DNA from: Candidatus Lustribacter sp.
Lineage (GTDB): Bacteria; Vulcanimicrobiota; Vulcanimicrobiia; Vulcanimicrobiales; Vulcanimicrobiaceae
Reading direction: 5' to 3'
Assembly (NCBI GenBank): GCA_965277805.1
Contig: OZ255842.1
Span: forward strand, 288,001 to 352,000
DNA length: 64,000 nucleotides
The notes beneath the pieces are model-generated. The model was not told where the DNA came from, searched no databases, and was given only the letters and a program-made list of their open reading frames with translations. Made by a program: the position numbers and the translations under genes. Of this stretch, positions 1 through 9,856 are shown in pieces. Position 1 is the first letter of the stretch; every line of letters begins with the position of its first letter.

Positions 1-39
1 CACGACCGGCACGCGCGGCGACGACAACCGCTTGCGCCA

Positions 40-609
40 GTGGTGGACGGCCTGGCGGCGGTTCATGGGCGTCGAGCTGAACTCGCTGGAAGGCGAATTG
101 TGACGAAAACGCTCGCGCGCGCCGAGCTGCTAGCCGGTCAGCAATTTGCGTGGTCCGAGCGCACGCCTTTGCAGCGCGCGATGATCGATCGTGCCGCGTC
201 GGCGCTCGCGGGCGCCTTGCACGCCGCCGATCCGGACGCTCGTGTCATGCGTGAGCCCGACCTGCTGCTCACCGCGCAGGCCGTCGTCATTCCGGATCTG
301 GCCGTCTTTCGCGGCGCGACGTGGTCGGGTCCCGATCTCGTCATCGAGTATCGCGCCGAATCCACCGACCGGCTGTTTTACGGCCCGAAACGCCTGGCGT
401 ATGCGCGCGCCCGCGTTGCAGAAGTGTGGTTCGTCGATGCGACGAAGGAAACGCTGACCGCATTGCGCCTGACGGACGCGCTGGACTATCCTTGGCCGGC
501 AGCGTCGTTCGGCCGCGACGATCTCGTCCGTTCGACCGCGATTCCGGGCCTGGCCCTTGCGGTCGGGGACTTCTTGCAGAGGGGAAACGACTTGCATGCA
601 GACCGCTAA
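40..609 (+). CDS. Uma2-family (PD-(D/E)XK-like) putative endonuclease; start uncertain because the frame is open to the window edge
   Basis: VIPDLAV...PDLVIE...KRLAYARARVAEVWFVD and C-terminal S.AIPGL pattern typical of Uma2/DUF820. Confidence 0.7.
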   Translation: MVDGLAAVHGRRAELAGRRIVTKTLARAELLAGQQFAWSERTPLQRAMIDRAASALAGALHAADPDARVMREPDLLLTAQAVVIPDLAVFRGATWSGPDLVIEYRAESTDRLFYGPKRLAYARARVAEVWFVDATKETLTALRLTDALDYPWPAASFGRDDLVRSTAIPGLALAVGDFLQRGNDLHADR

Positions 610-1288
610 TCCGCTCGACGCGCTCAAGATCGAGCGCGGCTTGCTCGAGCGTCAAACGGCGGCCGGGTATGTTGCCGACTCGCTGCGCGCGGCGATTCAA
701 ACCGGCGCGCTGAGCGACGGCATGGAACTCAATCAAGTGGCCCTGGCCGAACACTTCGGGATCTCGCGGGTGCCGGTTCGTGAAGCGCTGCGCGCGCTCG
801 AAGGCGAGGGCTGGATCACCGCGACGCCGCACCGGCGGGCCGTCGTGCAGGCCGTCAGCCCCGAGCGGATCCAGGAGACGTTCGAGATTCGCGCGCTGCT
901 CGAGACGCATCTGATCGAGCGCGTCGTCGCGCGCATCAGCGACGAGCAGATCGCGAAGCTGAAGCAGGCCTGCGACCGAATGGATCAGATTGCGGACCAC
1001 CAGAAGTGGGTTGTTGCGAACGCCGAGTTTCACCACGAACTGCTCGAATCGGCCGGCTCGCCGATGGCGCTCGAACTCGTCAACCAGTTGAGTTCGCAAG
1101 TCGAACGCTACCTGCGCCTCTCGGGCGAAACCGTGATTCGCGAGAACGAAGCCGGACGCGAACATCGCGACATCGTCGACGCCGTCGCCGCGCGCGACGT
1201 CGACGCTGCCCGGCAGCTCATCTGCACGCACATCGAACATACCCGGGGACGCGTCGTCGACGCAATCAGCGAAGAGGAGAAACCCTAA
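596..1288 (+). CDS. GntR-family transcriptional regulator (FCD domain)
   Basis: wHTH LAEHFGISRVPVREALRALEGEG; FCD motifs EFHHEL and EHRDIVDA; ATG 596 after GAGGGG. Confidence 0.92.
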   Translation: MQTANPLDALKIERGLLERQTAAGYVADSLRAAIQTGALSDGMELNQVALAEHFGISRVPVREALRALEGEGWITATPHRRAVVQAVSPERIQETFEIRALLETHLIERVVARISDEQIAKLKQACDRMDQIADHQKWVVANAEFHHELLESAGSPMALELVNQLSSQVERYLRLSGETVIRENEAGREHRDIVDAVAARDVDAARQLICTHIEHTRGRVVDAISEEEKP

Positions 1289-2340
1289 TGCCCCTACCCT
1301 ACAAACGCCACGAAGTCAAAGAACGCTCGCGCGCGCACTGGCACGGCGCGTGCAACGTCACGCTGCCGTCGTTCACGTCGACGTTCGATGGTCTCAACCC
1401 GCGCGCGATCGAGCACGACATCAAGCACGGCGCGGCAAACGGGTTCTGGGGCACGCTGGTTGCGGCCGAGTGCGGGACGACGTTCGATGAGTACGTGAAC
1501 TTCATGGAGCTCTCGGCCGCCGCGGCGCCCAAGGGCTTCAACCTCGTCACGCATCTCAGCAACGATACGGTCGAGCAGATGATCGCGACGGCCAAAGCGG
1601 CCGAAGCCCTGGGCTTCGAAGCGGCGCTCGTTTCGTATCCGACGTCGTTCCGGCCGAAAACGGCGGCCGACATCGTCGAGTTCACGAAACATATTTCGGA
1701 TAACACCGATCTGGCGCTGATCCTCTTCGCCGTGCCGACGTGGGGCTTCGGGCCGCTGCATCCGAGCAAGTTCCCGCCCGAGGCGATCGCGGCGATGGCG
1801 AAGTTCGAAACGGCCGCTGCGGTCAAGTACGAAGCGAACGCGCCCGCGACGACGACCGGCATCGCCGATCTGTTGCGCCGCTGCAAGAACGACGTGATCG
1901 TCGAGGTGCCGCTCGAGCAGTACGCGCCGGGCCTCATCGATTGGTACGGCATGCAGTGGATGGGCACGAGCGCCTACGACTCGTTCGGCGATCGCGTGCC
2001 GCGCTGGTTCAAACTGCTGACCGACGGCAAGTGGGATGAAGGCATGGAGCTGTACTGGAGCTATCAGCCGGCGCGCGAAGCGAAGGGCGCCTTCCACGCC
2101 ACATTCGGCGGTGCGAACTTGATCCACCGCGTCGGCTGGAAGTACTTGAGCTGGCTGCACGGCTACAGCGGCGGTTTGCTGCGGATGCCGCAGATGCGTT
2201 TGCTGCCCAACCAGATGGGGGCGCTGCGCACCGGTCTGCAGCGCTCGGGATTCAAGCTGCCCGAAACGGATGACGCGTTTTTCGCAGGCCGCTTCCCGCT
2301 CGAAACGGCCGAACTCGTCACCGCCGGACGTTCTGCGTGA
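1288..2340 (+). CDS. Dihydrodipicolinate synthase-family aldolase/lyase
   Basis: DHDPS-like barrel pattern with Schiff-base Lys in AVKYE; TAATG overlap with GntR stop; RBS GAGGAG. Confidence 0.75.
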   Translation: MPLPYKRHEVKERSRAHWHGACNVTLPSFTSTFDGLNPRAIEHDIKHGAANGFWGTLVAAECGTTFDEYVNFMELSAAAAPKGFNLVTHLSNDTVEQMIATAKAAEALGFEAALVSYPTSFRPKTAADIVEFTKHISDNTDLALILFAVPTWGFGPLHPSKFPPEAIAAMAKFETAAAVKYEANAPATTTGIADLLRRCKNDVIVEVPLEQYAPGLIDWYGMQWMGTSAYDSFGDRVPRWFKLLTDGKWDEGMELYWSYQPAREAKGAFHATFGGANLIHRVGWKYLSWLHGYSGGLLRMPQMRLLPNQMGALRTGLQRSGFKLPETDDAFFAGRFPLETAELVTAGRSA

Positions 2341-3344
2341 CGCTGTTCTACGACGGGGCGTTCTTCGAGAAGAGCATTTCGCCGGAGATCGCGATTCGCG
2401 CGGTAGCGGCCGGATTTGATGCCGAGGCCGACGGCAAAACGCAATTGCCGCCGCGCATCGACACCCCGACCGGCAGCGGTTTCATCCGCGTGATGCCCGC
2501 CGTGCTCGATGACGTGATGGGGCTGAAGGTCATGACGCTGGTCGAAGGCCTCGGCAATCGTTACTTGGTGCTGCTCTACGATGTGAAGACGAGCGAGCTG
2601 CTCGCGCTCTTCGATGCAGACGAACTCACCCGCGTGCGCACGGCCGCGGTCACCGCGCTCGCCGGTACCGTCATGGTGAAGACGCCGCCGTCGTCCCTCG
2701 GGCTCATCGGTACCGGCTTCGAGGCGGTCGGGCATCTGCGCATGCTCGCCGGCCTCTGGCCGTTGAAGGACGTCACGGTTTTCAGCCCGCATCCCGAGCG
2801 CCGCGCGCGGTTTGCCGATGCGATGTCGCGCGAACTCGGCATCACGGTCACCGCCGCCGCGAGTTCGGGCGAAGCGTTGCGCGATCGGCCCGTCGTCGTT
2901 CTGGCAACCAAAGCGAAAACGCCCGTCATCGACGGCAAGGATCTTGCGCCGGGCTGCGTCGTGCTCTCGATCGGATCGACGCGGCTCGATTTACGCGAAC
3001 TCGATCACGCCTCGGTCGGGCGCGCGACGATCGTCGTGGCCGACGATCCGCAGATGGTGAAGCTCGAGTCGGCCGATATCGCCGAAACGATCGCGGCCGG
3101 GGTGCTCGATCCGGCGCGGATCGTCGCCCTGGCGCACGCCCGCCGCAACGGAATCCCCGTCCACGCCGGCGGCGACGTTGCGATTTTCAAATCGGTCGGC
3201 ACCGCGCTGCAAGATCTCGCGCTCGCGCGCATGATCTATCGCGACGACGGCCTGCGCGCCTCGGCGGAGCGTTTGCCGGAGCTCACGCGCCTCAAACCGT
3301 TCTCCGCCAAGGCCTTCGATCTAGCCGCGTCTATGCGCGCGTAG
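2337..3344 (+). CDS. Ornithine cyclodeaminase/mu-crystallin family protein
   Basis: LTRVRTAAV, GLIGTGFEA and FKSVGTALQDLALA motifs. Confidence 0.9.
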   Translation: MTLFYDGAFFEKSISPEIAIRAVAAGFDAEADGKTQLPPRIDTPTGSGFIRVMPAVLDDVMGLKVMTLVEGLGNRYLVLLYDVKTSELLALFDADELTRVRTAAVTALAGTVMVKTPPSSLGLIGTGFEAVGHLRMLAGLWPLKDVTVFSPHPERRARFADAMSRELGITVTAAASSGEALRDRPVVVLATKAKTPVIDGKDLAPGCVVLSIGSTRLDLRELDHASVGRATIVVADDPQMVKLESADIAETIAAGVLDPARIVALAHARRNGIPVHAGGDVAIFKSVGTALQDLALARMIYRDDGLRASAERLPELTRLKPFSAKAFDLAASMRA

Positions 3345-4239
3345 ACCGCGCCGCGACCACGTGGTCGTGCATGTGTTTCCAGTCGACCAAGTCGTTGAGC
3401 AAGATCGTTCCGCGCAACGTCGGATCGGTGGCGCCGCTTTCGATGACTTCCGCGGCGGCTTGCTCTTCGGCTTTTTTCATCGCGTTGAACTGCGCAACCC
3501 ACTCGGCTTTTTGTTCGGCGCTGGGCGCGGCGATGTGGTCGAGCACCCAGGCTTCGAACTGCAGGTAGGTCGGCTTTTCGTTGTTGATGTACGCGCTCGT
3601 CGCGACGAGATCGAGACCGATCGTGTCGGCACAGCGTTTGTCGAAGCCGCAGACGACGCCGGTTTTCCACTCGGCCGGCAGTGCGTGCACGGATGCGAGC
3701 AACGCCTTCATCCACATGCGCGGCAGATGGGGAATGCCGGCGAGACCGACTTGCGCTGAACTGACCATCGGCACGAGCGGTTCGATACCGTCGGCTTCGT
3801 GCGCGAGCAGTTCTTCGTGCGCCGTCAGCCAGTCGTCGTAGCTGAGCAGCAAGGCGCTATTGGTGACGTTCGCATCGGTGATACCGGTGCGGGCGCGCGT
3901 CGCGGCCGCGCCTTCCGGCGCCCGATCGAAAGATGAGACCTTGGCGTTCAGGGCGGCGATCGAGGCAGCGTCGAGTTTGGTCGCGTGTGCGCGGACGTAG
4001 TCTTCCGCTTGCGGATACGTCGGCATCGTGGCGAGAAACGCAAACCACGCTTCGGGCTCGAGTCCGAGGCCGTCGCAGACTTGCTTATTGAACCCAAAAT
4101 AGTTGTCGAAGTAGCCCTCCCACAGCATCCCGGCTGCAGAATAGACGCCTTTCAGCCACATCCGCGGCAAGTGCATGACGCCCAGGGGACCGGTCACCGT
4201 CGCCCCGATCAAGGGCATGATCCGTTGCATCCGATACAT
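3331..4239 (-). CDS. Protein with two tandem DUF5069-like domains
   Basis: Two internal repeats, GPLGVMHLPRMWLK...PTYPQAE and GLAGIPHLPRMWMK...PTYLQFE; RBS GGAGGAG. Confidence 0.65.
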   Translation of the reverse strand: MYRMQRIMPLIGATVTGPLGVMHLPRMWLKGVYSAAGMLWEGYFDNYFGFNKQVCDGLGLEPEAWFAFLATMPTYPQAEDYVRAHATKLDAASIAALNAKVSSFDRAPEGAAATRARTGITDANVTNSALLLSYDDWLTAHEELLAHEADGIEPLVPMVSSAQVGLAGIPHLPRMWMKALLASVHALPAEWKTGVVCGFDKRCADTIGLDLVATSAYINNEKPTYLQFEAWVLDHIAAPSAEQKAEWVAQFNAMKKAEEQAAAEVIESGATDPTLRGTILLNDLVDWKHMHDHVVAARSTRA

Positions 4240-4340
4240 CGTTGTTCTCCTCCGGCGGCTTGCTTCGCCTCAGGTGGTGAAGCCCCCGCGGGGCGGATGC
4301 GCTCGGCGAGCGAAGCGGTCCGTTGAGGTAAGCGACAAGG

Positions 4341-4892
4341 ATGGAGCAAGACTCGAGCGCCGCGGCTGCAAAAGCGGTCGCGTTCGCGAACGGCCTGCGG
4401 AAAAGTATCAGCGCTTCGGGCCGGCGCTGGGCACAGTGGCCGGGCGGGGCGAACGATCTCGCCGCCGTCCTCGGCTGCATCGATGCCGTCGCACAGCGTC
4501 TGCAATCCGTAGCGCCGCAAGACGGCGATAACGGCGTCGCTGCGTGCATCGCCGATCTGCGCGCGATACTCGAATGGTCGACCTATCAGTCCGCGAGCAT
4601 CCAAACGGCGCAAGCGCTGCGCGTCGCGCGCAAGACCCGCACGTTCGCCGAACGGCTCGGCGTGCTCGACAATCCCGCGGCGCGGCTATCGATCCTGGTC
4701 GATTCGGAAGAATCGCTGATTGAGAACGTCCAGACGAAGAACGCCTACATGCTGACGATCGCGGAAAAGCACCCGCAACTTGGACTCCCGCCGCCGCTCG
4801 TACGCAGCGAGAGCCTCGTCCCAAAAGCCGAGAAGAAACCGAGCACCCTCGACTTCATTCAGCAGCTCCGGAGAAACGCCAAGAAAACGTAG
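4341..4892 (+). CDS. Hypothetical protein (helical)
   Basis: 183-aa ORF with host-like codon usage filling the gap; no motif recognised. Confidence 0.6.
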   Translation: MEQDSSAAAAKAVAFANGLRKSISASGRRWAQWPGGANDLAAVLGCIDAVAQRLQSVAPQDGDNGVAACIADLRAILEWSTYQSASIQTAQALRVARKTRTFAERLGVLDNPAARLSILVDSEESLIENVQTKNAYMLTIAEKHPQLGLPPPLVRSESLVPKAEKKPSTLDFIQQLRRNAKKT

Positions 4893-4895
4893 CCC

Positions 4896-4924
4896 TTGAC
4901 ACCATACCAACTAGTTGGTATGGT
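4896..4924 (+). promoter_or_regulatory. Sigma70-type promoter overlapped by a perfect 24-bp palindromic operator
   Basis: TTGACA(4896-4901)-17 bp-TATGGT(4919-4924); palindrome ACCATACCAACTAGTTGGTATGGT 4901-4924. Confidence 0.85.
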
Positions 4925-4930
4925 CAGCGC

Positions 4931-5539
4931 GTGGCAACCGATTCGAAGACCAAGCTGCTGAATGCCGCTTTGCGGGTGATACGCACCAAGGGCTACGCCG
5001 CCGCGACCGTCGATGACATCTGCCTGGCGGCCGGGGTGACGAAGGGCAGCTTCTTCCACCACTTCAGCAGTAAGGAAGACCTCGCGCTCGCCGCCGCCGC
5101 GTATTTTTCCGCCACGACCGACGCGGCGTTCGCCGCCGCACCCTATCATCGCCTGAGCGATCCGCGCGAGCGGCTCCTCGGCTACATCGACTTTCGCTCG
5201 GCACTGCTGCGCGGTGAGCTGCCGGATTTCACGTGTCTGCTGGGCACGATGGTGCAAGATACATATACGACGCACCCGGCGATTCGCGACGCGTGCAATA
5301 CCTACATCAGCAGCCACGCTTCAACCGTCGCTGGCGACATCGTGCTGGCCAAGCAGCAGTACGCGCCGGACGCCGCGTGGACGGCCGAGAGCCTCGCGTT
5401 GTTCACGCAAACCGTGTTGCAGGGCGCGTTCGTTCTCGCCAAAGCGCAGAACGGGCCGAAGATCGCGGCCGAGAGCCTTACGCACCTGCGCCGCTACATC
5501 GAAGATCAACTTCCCCTCCCGCGCCCCACGGCGCGCTGA
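4931..5539 (+). CDS. TetR/AcrR-family regulator (NemR-like)
   Basis: HTH KGYAAATVDDICLAAGVTKGSFFHHFSSKEDL; CLLG motif in the C-terminal domain. Confidence 0.92.
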   Translation: MATDSKTKLLNAALRVIRTKGYAAATVDDICLAAGVTKGSFFHHFSSKEDLALAAAAYFSATTDAAFAAAPYHRLSDPRERLLGYIDFRSALLRGELPDFTCLLGTMVQDTYTTHPAIRDACNTYISSHASTVAGDIVLAKQQYAPDAAWTAESLALFTQTVLQGAFVLAKAQNGPKIAAESLTHLRRYIEDQLPLPRPTAR

Positions 5540-5550
5540 AAGGTAAACAC

Positions 5551-5970
5551 ATGTCGCAACTGATTCCGAGTCTGGGCTTTTCCGGCAACGCTGAAGAGGT
5601 GCTCACATTTTATAAAAGCGCTCTCGGCGGGGACCTCGAACTGGCTCGCTTTCGTGGAACGCCGGCCGAGTCGATGGCGCCCGTCGAATGGCTCGACAAG
5701 ATTCTTTATGGCTCGCTGCGTTCGCCATTCGGCGTCATCAGCGCGATGGACGCGCCACCGGGGCGTGCCGGAACGCCCGGCGACAACTTCTCGATAAGCG
5801 TTCAACTCGAAGATGAAGCGCAAGCTGCTGCGATTTTTTCGGCGCTTTCCGGCGGCGGCAACGTGACGATGCCATTTGAGTCGACGTTCTTCGCGAAGAA
5901 GTTCGGCATGCTGAAAGACCGCTTCGGCATCGGGTGGATGGTGCACGTTCCCGCCGCGGTCCCGGTATGA
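5551..5970 (+). CDS. VOC family protein (PhnB/YjdN-like)
   Basis: AEEVLTFYKSALGG...MPFESTFFAKKFGMLKDRFGIGWMV. Confidence 0.88.
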   Translation: MSQLIPSLGFSGNAEEVLTFYKSALGGDLELARFRGTPAESMAPVEWLDKILYGSLRSPFGVISAMDAPPGRAGTPGDNFSISVQLEDEAQAAAIFSALSGGGNVTMPFESTFFAKKFGMLKDRFGIGWMVHVPAAVPV

Positions 5971-6770
5971 GCGAGCGCAGCAGCTACCCGGCGGGCGTGC
6001 CGTGTTGGGTCGACACGCTGCAGCCCGACCCGCGCGCGGCGCTCGACTTCTATTCCGATCTCTTCGGCTGGGAAATCGCCGGACCGGGCCCGATGCAGGA
6101 CAGCCAGGCGTACTACGTCGCGCGGACCGGCGACCGCGATGTCGCCGGGATCGGCGCGCTGCCGCCGAACGCGCCGGCGCCTGCGTGGAATACGCACGTG
6201 CGCGTGGATGATGCTGCGGCAACCGCACAACGCGCGGAACGCGCCGGCGGAAGCGTGCTCGTTGCGCCGTTCGATGCGTTGCCCGCAGGGCGCATGGCCG
6301 TTTTGAACGATCCGTCGGGTGCCGCGTTTTGTGTGTGGGAAGCGCGCTCGCGCGAAGGTGCGCAGCGGGTGAATGAGCCCAACGCCTGGGCGATGAGTGC
6401 GCTGCACACGAACGACGTGCCCGGTGCGATCGCGTTCTACCGCGACGTCTTCGGCTGGGAACCCGAAGCGTTCGATGCCGGGCCGGCGACGCTCACGATG
6501 TGGCGTTTGGCCGGATACGTCGGCGGCGAACCGCAACAACCGGTTCCCCGCGACGTGGTCGCAATGCTCCTCCCGCTCGCCGCCGATGCAGGCTTGCGGC
6601 CGTACTGGGGCGTTGACTTCTGGATATCTGACGCGCGTGCCGCGGCGGCGCGGGCGCAAGCGCTCGGAGGTCGCGTCGTCGTTCCGCCGTACGACACCCC
6701 AATGTTCATCGAAGCCGTTCTCGCCGATCCCGCCGGAGCCACGTTCTCGATCAGCCAACTCCTGCGCTAG
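5967..6770 (+). CDS. VOC/glyoxalase family protein, two domains (Cfp30B-like)
   Basis: GVPCWVD, FYSDLFGW, DPSGAAF repeated twice; ATGA overlap. Confidence 0.88.
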   Translation: MSERSSYPAGVPCWVDTLQPDPRAALDFYSDLFGWEIAGPGPMQDSQAYYVARTGDRDVAGIGALPPNAPAPAWNTHVRVDDAAATAQRAERAGGSVLVAPFDALPAGRMAVLNDPSGAAFCVWEARSREGAQRVNEPNAWAMSALHTNDVPGAIAFYRDVFGWEPEAFDAGPATLTMWRLAGYVGGEPQQPVPRDVVAMLLPLAADAGLRPYWGVDFWISDARAAAARAQALGGRVVVPPYDTPMFIEAVLADPAGATFSISQLLR

Positions 6771-7379
6771 GTGCTCCAGCCGCAAGCGTTCGCGCGGTCG
6801 GACGAATCGCCGGACGCGGTGTTCTACGTGCAGCCGCGCTTCGTCGAGCACATCGATGAGGTTGCGGTTGCGGACGTCGTTCGGCTGCATCGCGAGCATC
6901 TTCCGGCCGGCGGCGAGATCCTCGATCTCATGAGCAGCTGGGTGAGTCACCTTCCGGACGACGTCGCGTACGCGCGCGTCACCGGCCTGGGCATGAACGC
7001 GGAAGAACTCGCCGGAAATCCGCGGCTCGATGCGTTCGTCGTGCACGATCTCAACGCGTCGCCCGCATTGCCGTTCGCGGGCGGGAGCTTCGATGCGGCG
7101 ACGATCTGCGTCTCGATTCAGTATTTGGTCGATCCGGTCGCCGTGCTCGCCGACCTCAGGCGTGTCGTGCGTCCGGGCGGGTGCGCGATTGTGACGTTTT
7201 CCAATCGCTGCTTTCCAACGAAAGCCGTCGCGGTCTGGCAAGTGCTCGACGACGGCGGACACGTCGAGCTGGTCACGAAGTACTTCGAGACCGCCGGCTG
7301 GACGAGCATCGCATCTGTTGCCTCGCCGCCCCGCCGAAGCGATCCTCTCTACGCCGTGATTGCAACGACACCATCATGA
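6771..7379 (+). CDS. Class I SAM-dependent methyltransferase (type 11)
   Basis: FYVQPRFVEHID, ILDLMSSWVSHLP, FSNRCFPTKAV. Confidence 0.85.
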   Translation: MLQPQAFARSDESPDAVFYVQPRFVEHIDEVAVADVVRLHREHLPAGGEILDLMSSWVSHLPDDVAYARVTGLGMNAEELAGNPRLDAFVVHDLNASPALPFAGGSFDAATICVSIQYLVDPVAVLADLRRVVRPGGCAIVTFSNRCFPTKAVAVWQVLDDGGHVELVTKYFETAGWTSIASVASPPRRSDPLYAVIATTPS

Positions 7380-8194
7380 ACGAGACCGCCGGCGAGCAGT
7401 TCGCCGTTTCCATCGAACCGCGCGCCGGCGGCGGCGCTCCGTTGATTTTCGCCTTCGCCGGTAAGGACTTGGTCGTTACGGACGATGCGTTGCCGTCGCT
7501 CGAGGCACTCGGCGCCGGAGCGTCGCTCGACGGCGCGATCTGCATCGGCGAGCGCGGGCGAAGCACGTGCTATGCGCTCGCACTGCGCGATCCCGAACCG
7601 CCGCCCGGAACGCGCAGCATCGGGTTGCGTGCCGTGTTCGGCGAACTCGGTCCCGAAGCGTTCGCGATGGCTAGCCGCGCCGCGCAGCTGCTGACGTGGG
7701 ATCGGGAGCATCGCTTCTGCGGCAACTGCGGCACGCCGACCGAACGCGCCGCCGGTGAACCAGCGCGCATTTGTCCGGCCTGCGACCTGCACGCCTACCC
7801 GCGCATCTCGCCCGCGATCATGGTGCTGATCACGCGCGGCCGCGAAGTCTTGCTCGCGCGCAACAAACGCAACACGACCGGGATGTTTTCGGCGCTGGCC
7901 GGTTTCGTCGAGGCGGGCGAAACGCTCGAGGAAACGGTCGTGCGCGAAGTCCGCGAAGAAGTCGGCGTGAGCGTCGATAACATCCGCTACTTCGGAAGCC
8001 AGTCGTGGCCGTTCCCGCACTCGCTGATGATCGCATTCACGGCTGACTACGTGAGCGGCGAGGTGACGCCCGACGGCATCGAAATCGAGGAAGCCCGTTT
8101 CTTCGACGTCGACGCGTTGCCCCAACTCCCGCCCGCCGGCCTCAGCATCGCAAGCCGCCTCATCAACACCGTCACCACCGAACTCCGCACGTAA
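7376..8194 (+). CDS. nudC: NADH pyrophosphatase / NAD-cap decapping Nudix hydrolase
   Basis: Zn ribbon CGNC...CPAC, Nudix box GFVEAGETLEETVVREVREEVG, SQSWPFPHS signature. Confidence 0.92.
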   Translation: MNETAGEQFAVSIEPRAGGGAPLIFAFAGKDLVVTDDALPSLEALGAGASLDGAICIGERGRSTCYALALRDPEPPPGTRSIGLRAVFGELGPEAFAMASRAAQLLTWDREHRFCGNCGTPTERAAGEPARICPACDLHAYPRISPAIMVLITRGREVLLARNKRNTTGMFSALAGFVEAGETLEETVVREVREEVGVSVDNIRYFGSQSWPFPHSLMIAFTADYVSGEVTPDGIEIEEARFFDVDALPQLPPAGLSIASRLINTVTTELRT

Positions 8195-8200
8195 GCAGAA

Positions 8201-9151
8201 TCACTGCCAGATTAGGGCGGATCCGGAGATTTTAGGGATGCCGAAATATCGGATCTGCGCGTCGATGACGGGTTGGAGCAGGGCGCCGGTTGCAGGGCTG
8301 GTGTCGTAGACCGCGCGGGTGAGCGAATTGATCGTGGCGACGCTCATGTTCGTGTAGTGCGAGAGGATCGTTGCCGACTCGGCGTTGTTCGCGTTGGCCC
8401 ACGCGGCGATCTTCAGCGTGGCGGCGGCGAAGCGTTGCGCCGCGTCGCGGTTTTGCGCGAGCCACGAGAGCTTGCCGACCCACACGGTGCCGATGAAGCG
8501 CGGGCCGATGCCGGGCATCGTGTCGCCGATGATCCGGACTTTGCCCTTTAGCGCGGTCGTGAACGGTTCGACGAGTAAGGCCGCGTCGATGCGCCCTTGA
8601 TCGAGCGCCGGACCGACGGCCGGAAACGAAACTTCAATCAGCTTCACGGATTTCACGTCGGCGCCGTTCGAGCCGAGCCATTGCAGTAGGGCGAGATGCG
8701 TGAGGTCGCCGAGGCCGTTCACCGCAACCGTTTTGCCGTTGAGATCGGCGGCCGTTTTCACTGCCGATCCCGCGGCGGTCACGACGACGACCGACTGACC
8801 TTGACCGCGGTCGTAGATCAATCCCGGCGCCACCACGCGCAAGTCGATCCCGTGCGTGTAGGCTTGTGCGACCGGCACGACCGTACCGGTGATGATGTCG
8901 AGCGATCCCGCTGCGAGCGCTGCGTTCATCGCCGCCCCGTTGAACATCGTCGAGAGCGTGACGTCGAGCCCCGCGTCTTTGTAGAAGCCTTTGTCGACGC
9001 CGTAGAAGCCCTCGCCGGTCGCGTCGGTCGGCGGTACGCCGACGCGCAGCGGAATCGGATCCGCTGCTGCCGCGGAGCGCGGTGCGGTTGACGTTAAGAT
9101 GGCGGCGGCGCTGCCGCCGAGCCACGTCGCGCGAGAGATGGCGGTATTCAT
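8201..9151 (-). CDS. ABC substrate-binding protein, NitT/TauT (SsuA/THI5-like)
   Basis: Signal-like MNTAISRATWLGG; GFYKDAGLDV, ADLNGKTVAV, GRIDAALLVEPF. Confidence 0.88.
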   Translation of the reverse strand: MNTAISRATWLGGSAAAILTSTAPRSAAAADPIPLRVGVPPTDATGEGFYGVDKGFYKDAGLDVTLSTMFNGAAMNAALAAGSLDIITGTVVPVAQAYTHGIDLRVVAPGLIYDRGQGQSVVVVTAAGSAVKTAADLNGKTVAVNGLGDLTHLALLQWLGSNGADVKSVKLIEVSFPAVGPALDQGRIDAALLVEPFTTALKGKVRIIGDTMPGIGPRFIGTVWVGKLSWLAQNRDAAQRFAAATLKIAAWANANNAESATILSHYTNMSVATINSLTRAVYDTSPATGALLQPVIDAQIRYFGIPKISGSALIWQ

Positions 9152-9226
9152 GGCCACCACCCTACTCCCAACGGCTCCCGTTGTCACGCGAGGACTACAT
9201 CGGGCACCTGCGAAAGCGCCCGCCCC

Positions 9227-9856
9227 ATGAGTACGACCACCGAGCTCGACCACGAGAAGACGTTTGCGGATGCGTGGGCCAACCCGCGCTACACGCGCCT
9301 CGAGCGGCCGCCGGTTGACGTCAATGCCGTGCTCGCAAAACACTATCGCCTGAGCCGCCCGGTTGCGTTCACGCGCACGCAGCTGTGGGACATGGAAGTG
9401 CGCAAGGCGTTCCGGCCCGATATCTACATCCCGGCAGCCGTACAAGAAGGCAGCGCCGGCACGTGGAACGTGCGGGATCTCGGCGAGGGCGTGCAGTCGT
9501 TCTATCGCCGCACGAATCAGCGCCAGCGGCTCGTTCCCGGCTACGATCTCGTGCTCGAACAAGTTCGCGTGAACCCCGCCAACGGCAAGGTGACGTTCAT
9601 CGGCGCGAGCGAGCTGCCGGGTGAGGGCGGCACGATGCTGCGCGCCGGAACGCAGCAGCCCATCTTTCACGTCGAGCACGTCGCAACGGGCACGGAAACG
9701 CAACCGATCAACGAGTGGCGCTTGGTGCATCTGACGGACGGCCCCGATCAGCGGCTAATCGATCACTTCACCCGCTCCGAAAACGTCTACTTGCCGCAGT
9801 TTCTCGAAGTCTATTTGAGCGAGGTACTGAACGTCGAATTCACGCGCCTCGCCTAA
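9227..9856 (+). CDS. Hypothetical protein, possibly SRPBCC/START fold (DUF1857/AtaL-like)
   Basis: TRTQLWDMEVRKAFRPDIYIP resembles the N-terminal DUF1857 motif. Confidence 0.5.
   Translation: MSTTTELDHEKTFADAWANPRYTRLERPPVDVNAVLAKHYRLSRPVAFTRTQLWDMEVRKAFRPDIYIPAAVQEGSAGTWNVRDLGEGVQSFYRRTNQRQRLVPGYDLVLEQVRVNPANGKVTFIGASELPGEGGTMLRAGTQQPIFHVEHVATGTETQPINEWRLVHLTDGPDQRLIDHFTRSENVYLPQFLEVYLSEVLNVEFTRLA

Noticed and set aside
40-609. Anti-phage defence locus built on the Uma2 nuclease
   Set aside because: No defence-associated partners in the window; its neighbours are metabolic genes.
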